From NCBI GenBank assembly GCA_030057915.1, contig JASGUC010000057.1:48841-112840 (forward strand): 64,000 nt of DNA. The letters run 5' to 3'. The first letter of the stretch is position 1; each line of letters starts with the position of its first letter. The translations under genes and the position numbers were made by a program. The notes beneath the pieces were generated by a model. That model saw only the letters and a list, made by a program, of their open reading frames with translations, was not told the DNA's origin and did no database searches. The stretch comes from Pseudomonadota bacterium. Lineage in GTDB: Bacteria; Desulfobacterota; Syntrophia; Syntrophales; UBA8958. Shown here piece by piece: positions 23,944 to 34,588 of this stretch.

Positions 23944-25431
23944 ATGGCACTGAGATTCTACAATACCATGACCCGTAGGAAAGAGGAGTTTCAGCCCCTT
24001 GTCCCCGGCAAGGCCGGGATCTATGCCTGCGGCATCACCGCCTATGACCTCTGCCACATCGGCCATGCCCGTTCGGCCATCGTATTCGACGTCATCGTCA
24101 GGTACATGCGCTACCGGGGTCTGGATGTCACCTTCGTCAAGAATTTCACCGATGTGGACGACAAGATCATCGAGCGCGCCCGGGCGGAAGGATGCGCCAT
24201 CGCCGCCATCTCCGAAAAATACATCGGCAGCCACGATCGGGACATGGATGCCCTGGGGGTGGAGAGGCCGACCATCGCCCCCCGGGCCACGGAGAATATC
24301 GACGGCATGATTCGGATGATCGCCCGCCTCCTCGAGCGGGGACTGGCCTATGCCGTCCCGGACGGCGATGTGTATTTTGCCGTGGATAAGTTTCCCGATT
24401 ACGGGAAGCTGTCGGGACGGAATCTCGAAGACATGCAGGCCGGGGCCCGCATCGACGTCAATGAAAGGAAGCGCCATCCCATGGATTTCGCCCTTTGGAA
24501 GGCGAGCAAGGAGGGGGAGCCCGCCTGGGACAGTCCCTGGGGCCCGGGTCGTCCGGGATGGCACATCGAGTGCTCCGTCATGAGCCAGCGCTATCTTGGC
24601 GACACCTTTGACATCCACGGCGGGGGCGAAGACTTGATCTTTCCCCACCACGAAAACGAGATCGCCCAATCCGAGGGGGCCACGGGTAAGACCTTCGCCC
24701 GCTACTGGATCCACAACGGCTTTGTCCGGGTAAACAGTGAGAAGATGTCGAAGTCGCTGGGGAATTTCTCCACCATCCAGGACATGCTCCAGGTATGCCA
24801 TCCCGAAGTCCTGCGGCTCTTCGTACTCCAGAGTCACTATCGGAGTCCGGTGGACTTTTCGGAGGAATCGTTACGGGAGGCCCGAGCGGGCATGGATCGC
24901 TTCTATTCCACGCTGCGGCATCTGGAGGAAACCCGGCATCGATACGGCGACGCCGCAACGGAACTGGGGGAGGAGGCGCTGCCGGAGCGGGATCGCCTAG
25001 CGCTGGAGAGAATCCGCGCCCTGCCCGGGCGTTTTATCGAAGCCATGGATGATGATTTCAATACCGCCCGGGCGCTGGGGCATCTGTTTGACGCCGTCCG
25101 GGTTCTCAACGGCTATCTGGCCCAGGGACAGCATACGCCCGGCGCCGCCGCCGTCCGCGTCCTTGCCGACTCCCGGGAGATCCTGCGACAGACCGCCGCC
25201 GTTCTGGGGCTGTTGCGGGAAGAACCGGAGCGGTATTTCGAGGCGGACCGGGATCGGGAAGCCCGGAAGCTGGGACTGGATGTTGCGGAGATCGAGAGCC
25301 TGGTGGCGGAGCGTCTCCGGGCCCGGGAACGGCGGGACTGGCCCCGGGCGGATGAGATCCGAAGACTGCTGCTGGACAAAAACATCGTCCTCAAGGATCG
25401 CCCGGACGGGACCGCCTGGAAGATCGCTTAG
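23944..25431 (+). CDS. cysS: Cysteine--tRNA ligase
   Basis: [16 protein letters not shown]...; HIGH-type CHIGHARS and KMSKS motifs. Confidence 0.96.
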   Translation: MALRFYNTMTRRKEEFQPLVPGKAGIYACGITAYDLCHIGHARSAIVFDVIVRYMRYRGLDVTFVKNFTDVDDKIIERARAEGCAIAAISEKYIGSHDRDMDALGVERPTIAPRATENIDGMIRMIARLLERGLAYAVPDGDVYFAVDKFPDYGKLSGRNLEDMQAGARIDVNERKRHPMDFALWKASKEGEPAWDSPWGPGRPGWHIECSVMSQRYLGDTFDIHGGGEDLIFPHHENEIAQSEGATGKTFARYWIHNGFVRVNSEKMSKSLGNFSTIQDMLQVCHPEVLRLFVLQSHYRSPVDFSEESLREARAGMDRFYSTLRHLEETRHRYGDAATELGEEALPERDRLALERIRALPGRFIEAMDDDFNTARALGHLFDAVRVLNGYLAQGQHTPGAAAVRVLADSREILRQTAAVLGLLREEPERYFEADRDREARKLGLDVAEIESLVAERLRARERRDWPRADEIRRLLLDKNIVLKDRPDGTAWKIA

Positions 25432-25552
25432 CCGCCGCCGGATAATTATTGACCGGATGTGGCGCCGCTCGGATAATAATTATCCATATTATCTCGACTC
25501 ACCGTTTTTTTCTTTCATCTCCGCATGGCCCTCCCGGGGATCGATGAGATCC

Positions 25553-25604
25553 CCTGGATTCCCGTCGGGAGAATGCGGGGATGACGGAAGGGGGTTTTCG
25601 AGGC
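25553..25604. repeat. Half-unit of the mosaic repeat family (right-arm type, GGGGATGACGG...TTTTCGAGGC)
   Basis: Matches the right arms at 47650-47699 and 54953-55002. It abuts the next full element. Confidence 0.5.
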
Positions 25605-25736
25605 GAGGCCTTTGGAAAACGCCGTTTCCGAGTTCCCGCTGCCATGCCGGCGGAAGGCGGAATGCTATGTTTTCACGGTATTTTCGACCCCGGATAATGC
25701 CGGGGCGGCGGGAAATTGAAGATTTTCAAATGTAGC
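25605..25736. mobile_element. 132-bp TIR-bounded mosaic element, subfamily A
   Basis: GAGGCCTTTGGAAA...GATTTTCAAATGTAGC; collinear with the 35410-35541 copy over its whole length. Confidence 0.65.
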
Positions 25737-26158
25737 GAAGCGATTATGCAAAGGTCACATAATACGCCGGATGGCGCAATCTTTGCTATAGTCATGCCGG
25801 GGTAGATTTGTTCTTCCGGCAAGCGCCTGATTTCATCTGAGAAGCGCCTCTATGTCATTGCAAGAATTGCCAGAGGAAAAATCTATGGGAGATCATATAT
25901 TTTCATCCCGCCTTGTGTCGGGCGCCGTCAGGAAGGTTTCATCTGACCGCAGGGCATGGGGAGACCGCTATTTTCGGCTTATCGGGAAGAGAGCCAATCT
26001 GCCCTGATATTCATGCCCCATGGCCCCGGGATGGGGACGACGGGCAGGCGGACGGGCGTCGTCGCAGCCGCGGGAGCATCCGTTATGGCCGGCGGTTGCC
26101 GAAGACGAGAGGGCCCGCCTTGGGGCAAAAACGAACTGTCCTGTCTAAAGAGGGCTAC

Positions 26159-27523
26159 ATGGCCATGATGCCGTGGCGCATAAATGACTTTCTCCCGCCC
26201 CGGGACGGCCTTTCCCCTTGGGGAATGACGGCGGCGCTGGGAGGGGTTTTGCTGGGCTGCCTGCTTCTTGCCCTGCCGGCGTGGGGGCGGGAGGAGACAA
26301 TCGCCAGGGGCGAAACCCTGGATCTGCAACGCTGTGTCCGGATCGCCCTGGCCAGGCATCCGGCGGTCCTATCCGCGGCCGGCGCCGTCAAGGTCAACGA
26401 AAGCCGTATCGGCCAGGCCCGGGCCAATTACTTTCCCCAGGTGAGCGCCTCGTCCAGTTATTCCCGGATCGATCCCTATGCCACGCCCGTCGGCGACGCG
26501 GCCTCGCAGGCCGGCAATGTTTATAATCAATACGGAAGCAGCGTTTCCCTGAATCAGACCCTCTATGATTTCGGGAAGACGGCGGCCCAGGTGGACGTCC
26601 AGACCCTCAACGCCGGTTATGCCCGCCAGGATTTCAACGACGCCCGCCGTCAGATCGTCTTCGGTGTGAAACACGCCTATTACAGTTATCTCAAGGCCAA
26701 AAGAAACAGGGACGTCGCCGCCGACACGGTCCGGCAGTTCCAGCATCACCTCCTCCAGGCCCAGGGCTTTTTCGAGGTCGGCGTCAAACCCAAGTTTGAC
26801 GTCACCAAGGCGGAGGTGGATCTGAGCAACGCCCGGCTTGGCATGATCAAGGCGGAAAACGAATTCCGGATCGCCCGGGTCAATCTGAACAATGCCCTAG
26901 GTTATCCCGACGCCCCGGATTATGAGGCGGCGGATGTGGGACTCAAGCTGCAAGGTCGGGACCTGGATTTTGACGCCGCCTTGAAACGGGCCTACGACGA
27001 GCGGCCGGATCTCCGGTCGGCGGCGACGAAGCGGGAAGCGGCGGAGAAATCCATCGCAGCGGCGAAGAAGGGCTATTGCCCCAATCTCACGGGTTCGGCG
27101 GGATACGGATGGGGGGGGCGGGAGTTTCCCTGGGACAAGGGCTGGAATGTAGGCGCCACTTTGAGCATCCCCATCTTTACCGGCCTTTCCACGAAATATC
27201 AGGTCGATGAGGCCCGGGCGAGCCTGGAAGTCGCCAAGGCCAACGAGATGACCATCCGCCAGATGATCTACCTGGAATTGAAGCAGGCCTATTCCAACTT
27301 TCAGGAGGCATCGGAGCGGGTCATCGCGGCGGAGACCCAGGTGCGGCAGGCCGTGGAGAACCTGGAGCTTGCCGAGGGCCGCTACGCCTCCGGGGTGGGA
27401 AATGCCATCGAGGTGACCGACGCCCTGGTCTCCCTGAACAACGCCCGGACTTCCCATGCGTCGGCGGTTTACGACTATATGATCGCCGATGCCGGTATCG
27501 AGAAGGCGATGGGGACACTATGA
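26159..27523 (+). CDS. TolC-family outer-membrane efflux protein
   Basis: Signal-peptide-like N-terminus from ATG 26159. Two repeated alpha-helical/beta-barrel halves typical of the OEP family. First gene of the efflux set. The track ORF extends upstream to 25913. Confidence 0.85.
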   Translation: MAMMPWRINDFLPPRDGLSPWGMTAALGGVLLGCLLLALPAWGREETIARGETLDLQRCVRIALARHPAVLSAAGAVKVNESRIGQARANYFPQVSASSSYSRIDPYATPVGDAASQAGNVYNQYGSSVSLNQTLYDFGKTAAQVDVQTLNAGYARQDFNDARRQIVFGVKHAYYSYLKAKRNRDVAADTVRQFQHHLLQAQGFFEVGVKPKFDVTKAEVDLSNARLGMIKAENEFRIARVNLNNALGYPDAPDYEAADVGLKLQGRDLDFDAALKRAYDERPDLRSAATKREAAEKSIAAAKKGYCPNLTGSAGYGWGGREFPWDKGWNVGATLSIPIFTGLSTKYQVDEARASLEVAKANEMTIRQMIYLELKQAYSNFQEASERVIAAETQVRQAVENLELAEGRYASGVGNAIEVTDALVSLNNARTSHASAVYDYMIADAGIEKAMGTL

Positions 27524-28704
27524 AGAAGAACTATCTGCGGACCGCCCTGGGGCTGTTGGCGGTCGTGCTCGCGGCGGCTGTGACGTATGCCCTCCTGCGC
27601 GATGGCGGCAAGGGGCTGAAATACAGAACGGAAAAGGCCACCGCCGGCGACATCCGGGCGACGGTAATGGCCACGGGCAAGATCGACGCCGTCACCACCG
27701 TCATAGTCGGCGCCCAGACCTCCGGGATGATCAAGGCCATCCATGTGGATTACAACTCCCCGGTCAAAAGGGGGCAGGTGCTGGCCCAGATCGATCCGGC
27801 CACCTTTGCCGCCCGGGTCGAGCAGGCCCGCGCCAACCTCATGCTGGCCCGCGCCAATCTCGAGAAGGCGGAGGCGACTCTCCAGGATGCCCAAAGAACC
27901 CGAAATAGATACGAGACCCTCTTTGCCCGCAACCTGGTTGCCCGGAGCGATCTCGATACGGCGCTCACCAGCATGGAGACGGCCCAGGCCCAGGTCAGCG
28001 CCTCCCGGGCCCAGGTCGAGCAGGCCCGCGCCAACCTCAAACAGACGGAAATCGATCTGGCCTACACCACGATCCGCTCCCCCGTGGACGGTATGGTCAT
28101 CTCCCGGAATGTCGATATCGGTCAGACCGTGGCGGCCAGCTTCCAGACCCCCACCCTGTTCAACATCGCCCAGGATCTCACGAAGATGCAGGTGAAGACC
28201 AGTGTGGACGAGGCGGACATCGGCCGCATCCGGGAGGGTCAGCCCGTGGAGTTTACCGTGGACGCCTTTCCCGAGATGGTGTTTCGCGGCGACGTTTCGG
28301 AGGTGAGAAACGCCCCCACGACGGTTTCCAATGTGGTGACCTACGAGGTCATCGTCCGGGTGGACAATCCGGAAATGAAACTCAAGCCGGGCATGACGGC
28401 CAACGTATCCATTATCATCGATCACCGGCAGGGGGTCCTGCGGGTTCCCAGCGCGGCCCTGCGCTTCCGGATGCCCAGTCAGGGGGGGAAGCGGGAGCAG
28501 GGCGGAACCAAGGAGATGCAACTCTGGGTTCTTGCCGGGGAGAAACCACGACGCCTTTCCGTTCGGACGGGGATCACCGACGGCAGTTATACCGAAATCA
28601 CCGACGGCGGCCTGCGGGTCGGCCAGGAGGTGATCGTCGAGGCCTTGGAGGCGAACAAGAAGCAGCCAAACACCGGCGCCCAACCGCCGCGCTTCCTCCG
28701 TTAG
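27520..28704 (+). CDS. HlyD/MacA-type periplasmic adaptor (membrane-fusion protein)
   Basis: N-terminal TM anchor and coiled-coil hairpin (ARVEQARANL... repeated). Conserved IRSPVDGMV and KPGMTANV motifs. ATGA overlap with the upstream gene. Confidence 0.88.
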   Translation: MKKNYLRTALGLLAVVLAAAVTYALLRDGGKGLKYRTEKATAGDIRATVMATGKIDAVTTVIVGAQTSGMIKAIHVDYNSPVKRGQVLAQIDPATFAARVEQARANLMLARANLEKAEATLQDAQRTRNRYETLFARNLVARSDLDTALTSMETAQAQVSASRAQVEQARANLKQTEIDLAYTTIRSPVDGMVISRNVDIGQTVAASFQTPTLFNIAQDLTKMQVKTSVDEADIGRIREGQPVEFTVDAFPEMVFRGDVSEVRNAPTTVSNVVTYEVIVRVDNPEMKLKPGMTANVSIIIDHRQGVLRVPSAALRFRMPSQGGKREQGGTKEMQLWVLAGEKPRRLSVRTGITDGSYTEITDGGLRVGQEVIVEALEANKKQPNTGAQPPRFLR

Positions 28705-28751
28705 CCGTGTCCCCGCCGTCGGTTAGGGCGTGGTTATAACCGGAGGCCTTC

Positions 28752-29501
28752 TTGGCGGTGGCGGCGACGGGCCGCGACCTCGCAGCGTCCTTGCAAACCG
28801 GATCGGGGGAGACCGTGATCGAAGTTCAGGAGCTTACCAAGATCTACCAGGTCGGCGATTTAACCGTGCCGGCCCTCTCCGGCGTCACCCTGACGATCCA
28901 CGGGGGAGAGTTTGTGGCCGTCATGGGGCCTTCCGGATCGGGTAAATCCACCTTCATGAATATCCTGGGTTGCCTCGATCAGCTCACGTCGGGCCGCTAT
29001 CTGCTGGATGGCCTCGATGTCGGCCGCTTCTCCAAGGATGAACTGGCGGAGATCAGGAATCGGAAAATGGGCTTTGTGTTTCAGGGTTTCAATCTTCTGC
29101 CCCGGGCTTCGGCCCAGGAGAACGTGGAACTGCCCCTGCTCTACAGCGGCGTTCCCGCCGGGGAACGGCGTCGCCGCGCCCGGGAGGCATTGATCAGGCT
29201 CGGACTGGAAGGGCGGGAGCACCACCTTCCCAGTCAACTTTCCGGGGGCCAGCAGCAGCGGGTGGCCATCGCCCGGGCCCTGGTCAACGCGGCCCCCCTC
29301 CTGTTTGCCGATGAGCCGACGGGCAATCTGGACACGAAAACCAGCCTGGAGATCATGGAGCTTTTGACCCATCTCAACCGCGAGGGCGGCATTACCCTGA
29401 TCCTGGTGACCCACGAGCCGGATATCGCGGCGTTCAGCCGGCGGGTCATCCGTTTCGTTGACGGCCGGGTGGTGAGCGACCGACGACAGGAAGGGGCGTA
29501 G
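28752..29501 (+). CDS. ABC transporter ATP-binding protein (MacB/LolD-like)
   Basis: Walker A GPSGSGKST, signature LSGGQQQR, Walker B LLFADEPT. The start is uncertain (TTG 28752 or GTG 28815). Confidence 0.9.
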   Translation: MAVAATGRDLAASLQTGSGETVIEVQELTKIYQVGDLTVPALSGVTLTIHGGEFVAVMGPSGSGKSTFMNILGCLDQLTSGRYLLDGLDVGRFSKDELAEIRNRKMGFVFQGFNLLPRASAQENVELPLLYSGVPAGERRRRAREALIRLGLEGREHHLPSQLSGGQQQRVAIARALVNAAPLLFADEPTGNLDTKTSLEIMELLTHLNREGGITLILVTHEPDIAAFSRRVIRFVDGRVVSDRRQEGA

Positions 29502-29504
29502 GGT

Positions 29505-30734
29505 ATGACCGGCCTCCTTGCCACGGTCAGGATCGCCCTCCGGGCCCTATGGGTCAACAAGATGCGCTCCGCCCTCACAATGCTGGGGATCATCATCGGC
29601 GTCGGCGCCGTGATCGCCATGCTCGCCGTCGGGCAGGGGGCCAGTCGGAAGATTTCCGAACAGGTGGCCTCCATGGGGAGCAATCTCCTCATCGTCATGC
29701 CCGGCAGCCTCACCTCCGGCGGCCTTCGCATGGGCAGCGGCGCCCAGATGACCCTCACCCTGGACGACGCCTATGCCATCGAGCGGGAGTGCCCCGCCGT
29801 GGCCGCCGTGGCCCCCATGGTCACCGGGGTCGCCCAGATCGTCCACGGCAACCAGAACTGGTCCACGGCGATCCAGGGCACCACCCCGGGCATCATCCCG
29901 GCCCGGGACATCGCCCTGGTCTCCGGGCGTCCCTTTACGGAGCAGGATGTCCGTGCGGCCGGCAAGGTCGTTATGCTGGGGCAGACAGTGGTGGAAAATC
30001 TCTTCGGGGCGCGCGATCCCGTCGGGCAGATCGTTCGGATCCAGAAGGCGCCCTTCACCGTGATCGGCGTGATGGAAAAAAAAGGGCAATCCCTCATGGG
30101 GCACGATCAGGACGACCTGGCCTATGTCCCCGTGACGACGGCCCAGAAGCGTCTCTTCGGTGCCCACTTTGCCGGTTCCGTCCGCTTCATCCTCGTCAAG
30201 GCCGGCTTGGCGGCGGATATGGAGCAGGCGGAACGGCAGGTAACGGAACTTCTCAAACAACGGCACCGGATCAGCCCGAAAGGGGAGTTGGATTTCACTA
30301 TCCGCAATCTCACCCAGATGCTCCAAGCGGCGGAGCAATCCACCCGGGTCATGTCGCTGTTGCTCGGGGCCATCGCCTCCGTCTCCCTCCTGGTGGGGGG
30401 CATCGGGATCATGAATATCATGCTGGTATCCGTTACGGAAAGGACGCGGGAAATCGGCATCCGCATGGCCGTCGGCGCCAAGGTCTGGGCGATCCGCATG
30501 CAGTTTCTCGTGGAGGCCCTGACCCTCTCTCTGAGCGGGGGGCTGATCGGGATCATCCTGGGCGTGGTCAGCTCGGAGATCCTCTCTCGCCTGGCGGGCT
30601 GGACGACGATCGTCTCTCCCCTCTCCGTCGTGCTGGCCTTCGGTTTTTCAGGTTTAGTCGGCGTTTTTTTCGGCTTCTATCCCGCCTACAAGGCATCGTT
30701 GCTCAATCCCATCGAGGCATTGCGGTATGACTGA
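29505..30734 (+). CDS. ABC transporter permease, MacB periplasmic-core/FtsX type
   Basis: 409 aa with an N-terminal TM, a large periplasmic domain and a C-terminal FtsX-like 3-TM bundle (GGIGIMNIMLVSVTERTREIG). Confidence 0.9.
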   Translation: MTGLLATVRIALRALWVNKMRSALTMLGIIIGVGAVIAMLAVGQGASRKISEQVASMGSNLLIVMPGSLTSGGLRMGSGAQMTLTLDDAYAIERECPAVAAVAPMVTGVAQIVHGNQNWSTAIQGTTPGIIPARDIALVSGRPFTEQDVRAAGKVVMLGQTVVENLFGARDPVGQIVRIQKAPFTVIGVMEKKGQSLMGHDQDDLAYVPVTTAQKRLFGAHFAGSVRFILVKAGLAADMEQAERQVTELLKQRHRISPKGELDFTIRNLTQMLQAAEQSTRVMSLLLGAIASVSLLVGGIGIMNIMLVSVTERTREIGIRMAVGAKVWAIRMQFLVEALTLSLSGGLIGIILGVVSSEILSRLAGWTTIVSPLSVVLAFGFSGLVGVFFGFYPAYKASLLNPIEALRYD

Positions 30735-30997
30735 GGAAACGACGCGGGGAGGCGCTGCCGCATCCTCCTCACCCCCGTCGTCGGAATCGACGACCTCCAG
30801 GAGAGGCGGGGCGGGCCCGCCCATCCACCGGCGCCGCCGGGCGGGGCGTCGCCGCCGCCCGGGTCCGCCGCAAGGGGAGACCTGTGCTTCCCGAAGACGC
30901 TCGATTTCGCTCCTTTCGGGATCTTTCGAGCGGAACGAGGTTGCCCTGGGACCGCCGCAAGGCGAAGGTCGGCAAGGAAACGGCCCGCCGGGTCGGT

Positions 30998-31858
30998 TCA
31001 GTCGTTCCTGATGCCCAGGATTTCCCGGGCCTCCACCGGGGTTGCCGGCGGGCGGTTAAGGGAGGCGGCGACCCGAACGGCCCATTCCACCTGCTCGTAG
31101 CTCCCTTTCGCCAGGTCCCCGTTGGGCATGCGGGTATTGTCCTCCATCCCCACCCGCATATGTCCGCCTAAAAGGCAGGACAGGACATTGGCGGGAAACT
31201 GTTCCGGACCCACCGCGCAGGTCGTGAAGGTCGCCTTCGGGGGCAGGGCGTTTTTCATGGCGATCATTACCTCGGGACGGAATCGCTGTCCGCCCGCCAC
31301 CCCCCAAACGAAATTGAAGTTCATGGGGTGGGAGAAAAAACCCTGGCGGCCGATCAGCAGGGCGTTGTCCAGGCCGCCGATGTCGTAGCATTCGATTTCC
31401 GGCTTGATCCCGCCGGCTTCCATGGCCTTGCCGAAATCCTGGAGCATCGTGAAGGTGTTTTCGAAAACATAGTCGAAAAAGATTTGCCCGGAATTCCGGT
31501 CGATGATGCTGAAGTTCATCGTATTGGTGTTCAGTGAGGCCATCTCCGGACGGACGGCGACGATCTGGGCCAGGCGCTGCTCCGGGGTCTTGAAGGCCCC
31601 CACCGCCGAAGACAGGCAAATTATGATGTCCGGGCACCTTTCCCTGATGGCGTCGTGCACGGCCCGGACCCGGTCGATCTCATGGGTGGAATCGCCATCG
31701 TCGGTCCGGGCGTGGACGTGCACCATGGCCGCTCCGGCCTGGCGGCATTTCTCCGCTTCGTCGGCGAATTCTTCCAGGGTGTAGGGCGTCGAGGGGTTGT
31801 TCTGTTTGAAGGTGGCCGCGCCGGAAAGGGCGGCGCAGATGACGACGGGCTCCGACAT
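30998..31858 (-). CDS. BKACE-family enzyme (3-keto-5-aminohexanoate cleavage enzyme-like)
   Basis: 286 aa. The N-terminus ...VVICAALSGAATFKQNNPSTPYTLEEFADEA...GAAMVHVHAR is characteristic of the BKACE (former DUF849) TIM-barrel family. Confidence 0.8.
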   Translation of the reverse strand: MSEPVVICAALSGAATFKQNNPSTPYTLEEFADEAEKCRQAGAAMVHVHARTDDGDSTHEIDRVRAVHDAIRERCPDIIICLSSAVGAFKTPEQRLAQIVAVRPEMASLNTNTMNFSIIDRNSGQIFFDYVFENTFTMLQDFGKAMEAGGIKPEIECYDIGGLDNALLIGRQGFFSHPMNFNFVWGVAGGQRFRPEVMIAMKNALPPKATFTTCAVGPEQFPANVLSCLLGGHMRVGMEDNTRMPNGDLAKGSYEQVEWAVRVAASLNRPPATPVEAREILGIRND

Positions 31859-31915
31859 AGGTGTTCCCTCCTCTATGTTGTTTCTATAAAAACCTGTTGC
31901 TGGCTACGCGTGGGG

Positions 31916-32077
31916 TCAGCGCATGACCCTCTTTATGAGGCACAGGCCGACGACAATGCCCACGACCACGAAAAGACCGAACAGCGTGAAGAACTGCTGC
32001 ACATAGGTGAGACCGTCGTACCAAACGAGCGCCTGATAATAATAGCTCAGGACGAAACCCTTTATCGTGTCGATCAT
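31916..32077 (-). CDS. Possible 53-aa single-pass membrane protein
   Basis: Not in the track. ATG..TGA ORF MIDTIKGFVLSYYYQALVWYDGLTYVQQFFTLFGLFVVVGIVVGLCLIKRVMR with one hydrophobic helix. It lies just upstream of the BKACE gene on the same strand. No homology is recognised. Confidence 0.35.
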   Translation of the reverse strand: MIDTIKGFVLSYYYQALVWYDGLTYVQQFFTLFGLFVVVGIVVGLCLIKRVMR

Positions 32078-32345
32078 CTCTGTCTCCATCCTTCCACGGT
32101 TATGCGGTTATGCAAAGCTCTCACTCCATGGCCTGCATGGTATCAGGAAACAGGGAAGATTGCCACCGGGATCTTGGTTCCCCGGCGGATCGGAAGCCAC
32201 CCCGCCGGGTCGGTGTCCGCTTGCCGCAACGTCCCTTCATATGCCTTTTTGCGGCGAAACTCGTTGCAATTAACGGGGGGATGACATAAAGACAGGCGCA
32301 ACAGGCTTCCGTGCCTCGACGCCTGATCACTTGGGGAGGAATCGG

Positions 32346-33953
32346 ATGAAGATAAAATTTATGGGGGCGGCCCGAACGGTGACGGGTTCCTGCTTCATCG
32401 TCGAGGCGGGCGCCCGTCGTTTCGCCGTTGATTGCGGCATGCATCAGGGCAACAGGGAGATCGAGAAACGAAACTGGGATACCTCCGGCTACGACGCGGC
32501 GGGCCTGGAGTTCATCCTGATCACCCATGCCCATATCGACCACGCCGGCCTCCTGCCCCTGATAGTCAGGGACGGCTTCCGGGGCCCCATTTACGCCACC
32601 CCGCCGACGCTGGAACTCATGAGGATCCTCCTGCTGGATAGCGCCTATATCCAGGAGATGGAGGCGCAGTGGAAGACGCGCAAATGCCTCCGGCACGGAG
32701 AGGCGAAGGTCGAGGCCCTCTATACCCAGCGGGACGCCGAGGAGACGACGCGTCAATTCCGGGGGGTGGACTACGATCAGACGGTTTCTCTCGGCGCCGG
32801 GGTGACGGTCGCCTTCCGGGATGCCGGCCACATTCTCGGCGCCGCCATCCTGGAACTTGACGTCACGGAAGACGGCAAGACCTCCCGGCTGGTCTTTTCC
32901 GGCGACCTGGGCCGTCCGGCGCAGCTCATCGTCAACGATCCCACGGTTATCGAAACGGCGGACTATCTCTTCATGGAATCGACCTACGGCAATCGGGATC
33001 ACAAGGGCGAGGACGAAAGCCTGGACGAGCTGGCGGAGGCCATCGCCTTCAGCTACCGCCAGGGGGAAAAGACGATCATCCCGTCCTTTGCCGTGGAGCG
33101 GACCCAGGAGTTGCTCTATTGCTTCCATCTCCTCGACAGGGACGGCCGACTGCCCAAGGACATGCCGGTTTATGTGGACAGCCCCCTGGCTGTCCAGGCT
33201 ACGGAGATTTTTCGTAAATACACAAAATATTTCGACGAGGAATCCAAGGCGCTGCTCAAAAAGGGGCGGGATCCGCTGTGCTTCCCCCAGCTCCGCTTCA
33301 CCCGCTCCACCGAGGAGTCGATGAGGATCAACACCTCCGAGGGCCCCGCCGTCGTCATTTCGGCCAGCGGCATGGCCCATGCCGGGCGAATCCGTCATCA
33401 TCTCCGCCACAATCTCTGGCGTCCGGGCGCCGCCGTGGTGTTCGTCGGCTTTCAAGCCCAGGGGACTACGGGCCGTCGCATCGTGGACGGGGCGAAAAGC
33501 GTGCGGATATTCAACGAGGACGTGGCGGTCAAGGCCCGTCTCTTCACCATCAACGGGTTTTCGGCCCATGCCGGCCAGAGCCAGCTTCTGGAGTGGCTGG
33601 GGGGATTCCGGAATCCGAATCTGCGGGTGTTTCTCGTCCACGGGGAGCACTCCGTCCAGGAGGCGTTGGCCGAAAAGATCGCGGCCCGCTTCGGCTATCG
33701 GGTGGAGATCCCCGACTACCTGGAACAGGTGACGCTGACGCCGGGTGGAGAGATCGAGCGGGAGATGCATCCCGTGCCGGCCAAGCCGACGATCGATTGG
33801 GAATTCCTCCTTGGCGGAATGGAGCAGCGCCTCGGTCAACTCCGGGAACGGCAGGCCCGCCTGGAGGGCAAGGGCTGGGTGGAGCAGACGGACATGCGGG
33901 AACGACTCCTGGAATTGGACCAGCGGCTGGCCTCCCTGATCTCGGAACTCTGA
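32346..33953 (+). CDS. Beta-CASP family metallo-beta-lactamase-fold ribonuclease (CPSF/RNase J-like)
   Basis: MKIKFMGAARTVTGSC...ITHAHIDHAG (HxHxDH motif). GGAGG SD before ATG 32346. About 85 aa of extra coiled-coil-like C-terminus. Confidence 0.85.
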   Translation: MKIKFMGAARTVTGSCFIVEAGARRFAVDCGMHQGNREIEKRNWDTSGYDAAGLEFILITHAHIDHAGLLPLIVRDGFRGPIYATPPTLELMRILLLDSAYIQEMEAQWKTRKCLRHGEAKVEALYTQRDAEETTRQFRGVDYDQTVSLGAGVTVAFRDAGHILGAAILELDVTEDGKTSRLVFSGDLGRPAQLIVNDPTVIETADYLFMESTYGNRDHKGEDESLDELAEAIAFSYRQGEKTIIPSFAVERTQELLYCFHLLDRDGRLPKDMPVYVDSPLAVQATEIFRKYTKYFDEESKALLKKGRDPLCFPQLRFTRSTEESMRINTSEGPAVVISASGMAHAGRIRHHLRHNLWRPGAAVVFVGFQAQGTTGRRIVDGAKSVRIFNEDVAVKARLFTINGFSAHAGQSQLLEWLGGFRNPNLRVFLVHGEHSVQEALAEKIAARFGYRVEIPDYLEQVTLTPGGEIEREMHPVPAKPTIDWEFLLGGMEQRLGQLRERQARLEGKGWVEQTDMRERLLELDQRLASLISEL

Positions 33954-33966
33954 CGGACAAGCCCCG

Positions 33967-34500
33967 CTATGGCTTCAGCCGGTAATGGAAGGAGGCGACT
34001 ATATGGAGCCGGGCGAGGCGCAACTCCTCCGGCAACCGATCGTAGGGGGCGGCGGTGTGAATGACCGTGAGGGAATGCCTGTCGAGGGTGTCCGACCCGG
34101 AAGAGGTCAGGATGGTCTGCCCGGATAGAACGCCCCGATTCTCGATGGTGAATCTTACCGTGGCGACCCCTTCTTCCCGGCGTTTCAATGCCGTTTCCGG
34201 GTACGACCACCGGCTCTCGATCCGCTGGCGGACCTTCATGAGATAGGAACGGTAACGGTGGTCCGGACTCTCCAGATTGACGGTATGTTCCTCCGCGGCC
34301 GTCGGGCTGCCCGTTCCCCCGGTCTCCGCCGACTTCCCCTGGACTTCCGGTTCGGGCGGAATCGGTTCGGTCAGCTTGACGGTCATTGGGCGCTCCGGAT
34401 GCGGCGACGGCATGAGCCGGTCGCCCGTGACGGACATGGAGAGGACCAGGGCATGGGAGGCGAGGGAAACCAGCAGGGCGATCAGGAACGACCTTTTCAT
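33967..34500 (-). CDS. TonB-family C-terminal-domain protein
   Basis: MKRSFLIALLVSLASHALVL anchor, Pro-rich linker (EPIPPEPE) and a C-terminal TonB-like fold (GVATVRFTIENRGVLSGQTILTSSG). The start is uncertain; the track ORF runs to 34590. Confidence 0.7.
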   Translation of the reverse strand: MKRSFLIALLVSLASHALVLSMSVTGDRLMPSPHPERPMTVKLTEPIPPEPEVQGKSAETGGTGSPTAAEEHTVNLESPDHRYRSYLMKVRQRIESRWSYPETALKRREEGVATVRFTIENRGVLSGQTILTSSGSDTLDRHSLTVIHTAAPYDRLPEELRLARLHIVASFHYRLKP

Positions 34501-34588
34501 GGCTGTCTTTTCCAGGGGGTGGCGGGTTTTCATCGCGAGATCATAGCCGTAAGAACCCAAAAAAGCAATAAGAGGGCGAAATCCAATC

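Noticed and set aside
29549-30730. Same-strand alternate-frame ORFs inside real genes (29549-30730, 37267-38424, 44104-45162, 12906-13286, 19054-19404).
   Set aside because: Each overlaps a gene whose frame gives recognisable membrane or enzyme motifs. The alternate frames translate to Arg/Pro/Gly-rich sequence.
30727-31011. 94-aa Arg/Pro/Ser-rich ORF between convergent genes.
   Set aside because: It has a low-complexity translation, overlaps the stop regions of both neighbours and has no SD.
32100-32121. GGTTATGCAAAGCTCTC resembling a right terminus of the repeat family.
   Set aside because: No matching left terminus or internal module lies nearby. It is too short to call.
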